A DNA stretch of 64,000 nucleotides from Sedimentisphaerales bacterium (lineage in GTDB: Bacteria > Planctomycetota > Phycisphaerae > Sedimentisphaerales > SM23-30). Positions within the stretch are counted from its first letter, which is position 1, and every line of letters begins with the position of its first letter. The notes under the pieces are model-generated. The model searched no databases and had not been told where the DNA came from. It saw nothing but the letters and a program-made list of their open reading frames with translations. This document shows positions 60,912 to 64,000 of the stretch, one piece after another. Made by a program: the position numbers and the translations under genes. The stretch lies in the NCBI GenBank assembly GCA_963666285.1, contig OY762711.1. One strand, 5' to 3'.

Positions 60912-63575
60912 ATGGTAAAGAAAGAACTTACATTAAAGGATAGATTGTCAAGGCTTACTTATACCCAGGCGTGTAAATTGCTGGGCGAAAATGGTAGTAA
61001 GCTTATAATGCAGGGTGGAAAGTTTCAGTACAAAAATCTGGATGATATAGTGTATCTGGGTGATGATCTTTTTCGGCTGAATGTGGATGGTGTAGTTGTT
61101 ACTATAACTCTGATGGCAGAAGCTCGCAACAGGTTACATTACAACTGTAATAAATGTAATAGAGTTTGTGAACATGTTGGGGCTGCTTTTTCATTGATTT
61201 TAGAGGAAAAGACATTGCTTGGTCTCGCGAAGCCGCCGGTTAAAAGGGTACCTATTGAAAGCTTAAATGAAACCGAATTGGTAGATATTGCTCTGGAGGA
61301 AAGAGCAGAGCGGGCCAGGACTGAGCGTATGGTGGTAAAAAGCATCAATCCGAAAGTCTTATGGACAGATTATGTTGTAACCAATTCATTATCCGGCAAG
61401 AGTTATCGGGTAGCCTTGCGTGGCTTGGAACGTGGTGATTCGTATTGCAGTTGTCCAGATTTCAGGAAGAATACTCTTGGTACATGCAAACATATAATGA
61501 ATGTGCAGCGTAAGATGGAAAAGAAATTTACTTCTGTTACCAGAAAAAAGGCCTATAAGCAAAAAGTTTTTGCAGTCCATATTTTGTATGGAAAAACATT
61601 GGAATTGAGGTTGCTTGTTCCACAGAATATAGATAGTGATATCAAAAAGATAATCAAACCTGTCAATCAAAAAGCTATTACTGATATTTCAAAGTTGTTA
61701 AATATTGTCCGTAAACTTGAACTATTGGGCCATGGTGTGATCATTTATCCTGATGCAGAAGAATATATTGAGTTCCAACTACATCAAATGCGTATTGATA
61801 AGTTGGTGAATGGGATCAGGAAATCCCCGGCAAAACATCCGCTACGAAAAAGTCTGTTAAAAGCAGAATTACTACCCTATCAGCTTGATGGTATTGCATT
61901 TGCGACTGGTGCCGGACGAGCTGTCCTTGCTGATGATATGGGGCTTGGTAAGACCATTCAGGGTATTGGAGTTGCCGAACTGATGGCACAAGAGTCTGGC
62001 GTTAAAAAGGTTCTGGTGGTGTGTCCAACGTCTCTTAAGGCCCAGTGGCGAAGCGAGATTCATCGTTTCAGTGACAGAGACTGTCAGCTTATCTTAGGCA
62101 GTGTCCCGGAGAGAGTTGGGCAATATGATAATCAATGCTTCTTTACAATATGTAATTACGAACAGGTGTTACGTGATATAAAATCTATAGAATCTGTTAG
62201 GTGGGATTTAATAATTCTTGATGAAGGGCAACGCATAAAGAACTGGGAAGCCAAAACATCTCAAACTGTAAAGGCTTTACGAAGTAAGTATGCATTGGTT
62301 CTGTCAGGCACGCCATTGGAGAACAAATTGGATGATCTGTTTTCTGTTGTTGAGTTTGTGGATGATCGCCGCCTTGGTCCATCATTTCGTTTTTTTAATA
62401 CTCATAGAATTGTCGATGAGAAGGGAAAAGTTCTAGGGTACAAAAAACTTGATAAACTCAGGGAAAAACTTTCTCCTATTCTGCTTCGTCGGACCAGGGA
62501 TAAGGTAATGAAGCAATTGCCGCCCCGAATTGACGAGGTAATCAGAATTGCACCAACAGATGAGCAATTTGAGATTAATCGGTCTCAAAAGATGGTTATT
62601 CAATCTATTATCAATAAAAAGTATTTTTCTGAGATGGATTTGCTCAGGTTACAAAAAGCATTGCTTCTATGCCGGATGGCTGCTGATAGTACATATCTTG
62701 TTGATAAGCAGGAGCCAGGCTATTCTTCTAAACTTAAGTATCTGAGTGAGTTGTTTGCAGAGTTGAATGCAGAAAATAACCGCAAAATAGTATTGTTTTC
62801 AGAATGGACTACAATGCTGGATTTGATTGAACCGATTCTTGAAGCTAATGATATGGGTTTTGTGCGTCTTGATGGAAAAGTTCCTCAAAAGAAACGTGAT
62901 ATGCTAGTGCAGAAGTTTAGAAAGGATCCAGAATGTAAAGTATTTTTAACAACAAATGCAGGATCAACGGGATTAAATTTACAGGTTGCAAATACTGTTA
63001 TTAATGTAGATTTGCCATGGAATCCGGCGGTTTTGGAGCAGCGTATTGCACGTGCCCATCGTATGGGCCAAAAGAACCCGGTTCAGGTATATATTCTGGT
63101 TACTGAGCAAACCATTGAAGAAGGTATGCTTGGTACTCTTGCTTCTAAAAAAGAAGTAGCTCTTGCTTCACTTGATATGAATAGTGATGTAAAAGAAGTT
63201 AATATGGCAAGTGGTGCAGAGGCGTTAAAACGCAAGCTTGAAATCCTGCTTGGTCGTTCCGAAGATGTCCCATTAGATGAAAGTGAACTTGCTCGCCAGG
63301 GATCTATGGTTGAAATAGCAGAGAAAAAGGAAAAGGTTGCGGTTGCCGCTGGTGAAATGTTTACTTCTGCGTTTACTTTTTTGGGCGAAATTATGCCTGT
63401 GCAGCCCGATGATAATATTATGCAGCAGAAAAAAGAAATGATAAAAAAACATTTGCTTGATTGTGTAGAAGAAAATGATAATGGGCAAATTGAATTGAAA
63501 TTGAACTTGCCAGGTAAGGCTGCTTTAGATGGAATAGCAGCCGCACTGGCGAAGCTTTCTAGCATTGGGCAGTAG
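60912..63575 (+). CDS. SWIM zinc-finger SNF2/RapA-like helicase
   Basis: Two CxC..CxH SWIM motifs; LADDMGLGKT; ILDEGQ; LSGTP; WNPA..QRIARAHR. Confidence 0.92.
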   Translation: MVKKELTLKDRLSRLTYTQACKLLGENGSKLIMQGGKFQYKNLDDIVYLGDDLFRLNVDGVVVTITLMAEARNRLHYNCNKCNRVCEHVGAAFSLILEEKTLLGLAKPPVKRVPIESLNETELVDIALEERAERARTERMVVKSINPKVLWTDYVVTNSLSGKSYRVALRGLERGDSYCSCPDFRKNTLGTCKHIMNVQRKMEKKFTSVTRKKAYKQKVFAVHILYGKTLELRLLVPQNIDSDIKKIIKPVNQKAITDISKLLNIVRKLELLGHGVIIYPDAEEYIEFQLHQMRIDKLVNGIRKSPAKHPLRKSLLKAELLPYQLDGIAFATGAGRAVLADDMGLGKTIQGIGVAELMAQESGVKKVLVVCPTSLKAQWRSEIHRFSDRDCQLILGSVPERVGQYDNQCFFTICNYEQVLRDIKSIESVRWDLIILDEGQRIKNWEAKTSQTVKALRSKYALVLSGTPLENKLDDLFSVVEFVDDRRLGPSFRFFNTHRIVDEKGKVLGYKKLDKLREKLSPILLRRTRDKVMKQLPPRIDEVIRIAPTDEQFEINRSQKMVIQSIINKKYFSEMDLLRLQKALLLCRMAADSTYLVDKQEPGYSSKLKYLSELFAELNAENNRKIVLFSEWTTMLDLIEPILEANDMGFVRLDGKVPQKKRDMLVQKFRKDPECKVFLTTNAGSTGLNLQVANTVINVDLPWNPAVLEQRIARAHRMGQKNPVQVYILVTEQTIEEGMLGTLASKKEVALASLDMNSDVKEVNMASGAEALKRKLEILLGRSEDVPLDESELARQGSMVEIAEKKEKVAVAAGEMFTSAFTFLGEIMPVQPDDNIMQQKKEMIKKHLLDCVEENDNGQIELKLNLPGKAALDGIAAALAKLSSIGQ

Positions 63576-63584
63576 GAGTATGAA

Positions 63585-64000
63585 ATGAACTATAAATATG
63601 ATAATTTGGAAAAGAAGGCGAAAAGGAAAGAAAAAGAAAACTGGGAATTTCGCAGTTTTCTGAAGTTTTATGACGGCATGTCTGACGGGGAAATAGATAA
63701 GCTTGTATCTGAAATAACGGACCAGGTTTGGTCATCAATAGATTGCACCGAATGCGGACGATGTTGTATCGGGCTTAAGCCTACACTTTCTGAAGATGAT
63801 CAGAAGCGTCTAGCTGCTAAACTTGAAATTACAATTGATGAATTAAGAGATCAGTATCTGGTTTATAATGACGATGAGTATGAGTCAGGCTGGGAGGTCA
63901 AGGAATCGCCGTGTCCATTTCTTCAGGAAGACAAATGTACTGTTTATGATTCTCGACCGGATGATTGCCGTGGTTATCCTTATCTTTATGAATCGGATTT
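63585..64000 (+). CDS. YkgJ-family cysteine-cluster protein, 3'-truncated by the window edge
   Basis: MNYKYDNL..IDCTECGRCC..PCPFL..CTVYDSRPDDCRGYP; absent from the ORF track because no stop codon is reached. Confidence 0.88.
   Translation, partial: MNYKYDNLEKKAKRKEKENWEFRSFLKFYDGMSDGEIDKLVSEITDQVWSSIDCTECGRCCIGLKPTLSEDDQKRLAAKLEITIDELRDQYLVYNDDEYESGWEVKESPCPFLQEDKCTVYDSRPDDCRGYPYLYESD

Noticed and set aside
1..64000. CRISPR array or cas genes
   Set aside because: No regularly spaced repeat-spacer series; the repeats are dispersed and no Cas motifs were seen

Overview
A 64-kb bacterial chromosomal window. Gene content (LEPR-XLL adhesin, large secreted proteins with dockerin-like 'D.N.DG.V...DF...W' tails, Planctomycete-type Ser/Thr kinase cluster) suggests Planctomycetota, probably Phycisphaerae/Sedimentisphaerales (inference). 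It holds housekeeping and metabolic genes (apbE, GT2, two two-component pairs, a diguanylate cyclase, araB-araD, nox, pabB/C fusion, tRNA-Arg(CCG)) interleaved with accessory DNA. The accessory DNA includes a decayed Rhs toxin/immunity locus, intact IS3, IS30 and IS1111-type (IS110 family) elements, IS4 and IS66 remnants, a ~700-nt group II intron whose RT ORF is deleted, and at least four families of dispersed non-coding repeats. Strongest signals: (1) an IS1111-type recombinase whose 3' non-coding RNA carries guide-like matches to its own REP-like insertion target and whose joined ends rebuild a promoter; (2) the ORF-less group II intron inside a cluster of non-coding repeats; (3) a membrane-anchored PspA-like / FHA-like / Ser-Thr kinase-TM2 cluster that may be an uncharacterised envelope-stress system. 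No CRISPR array or rRNA was seen. All family assignments come from motif recognition by eye, not from database searches.
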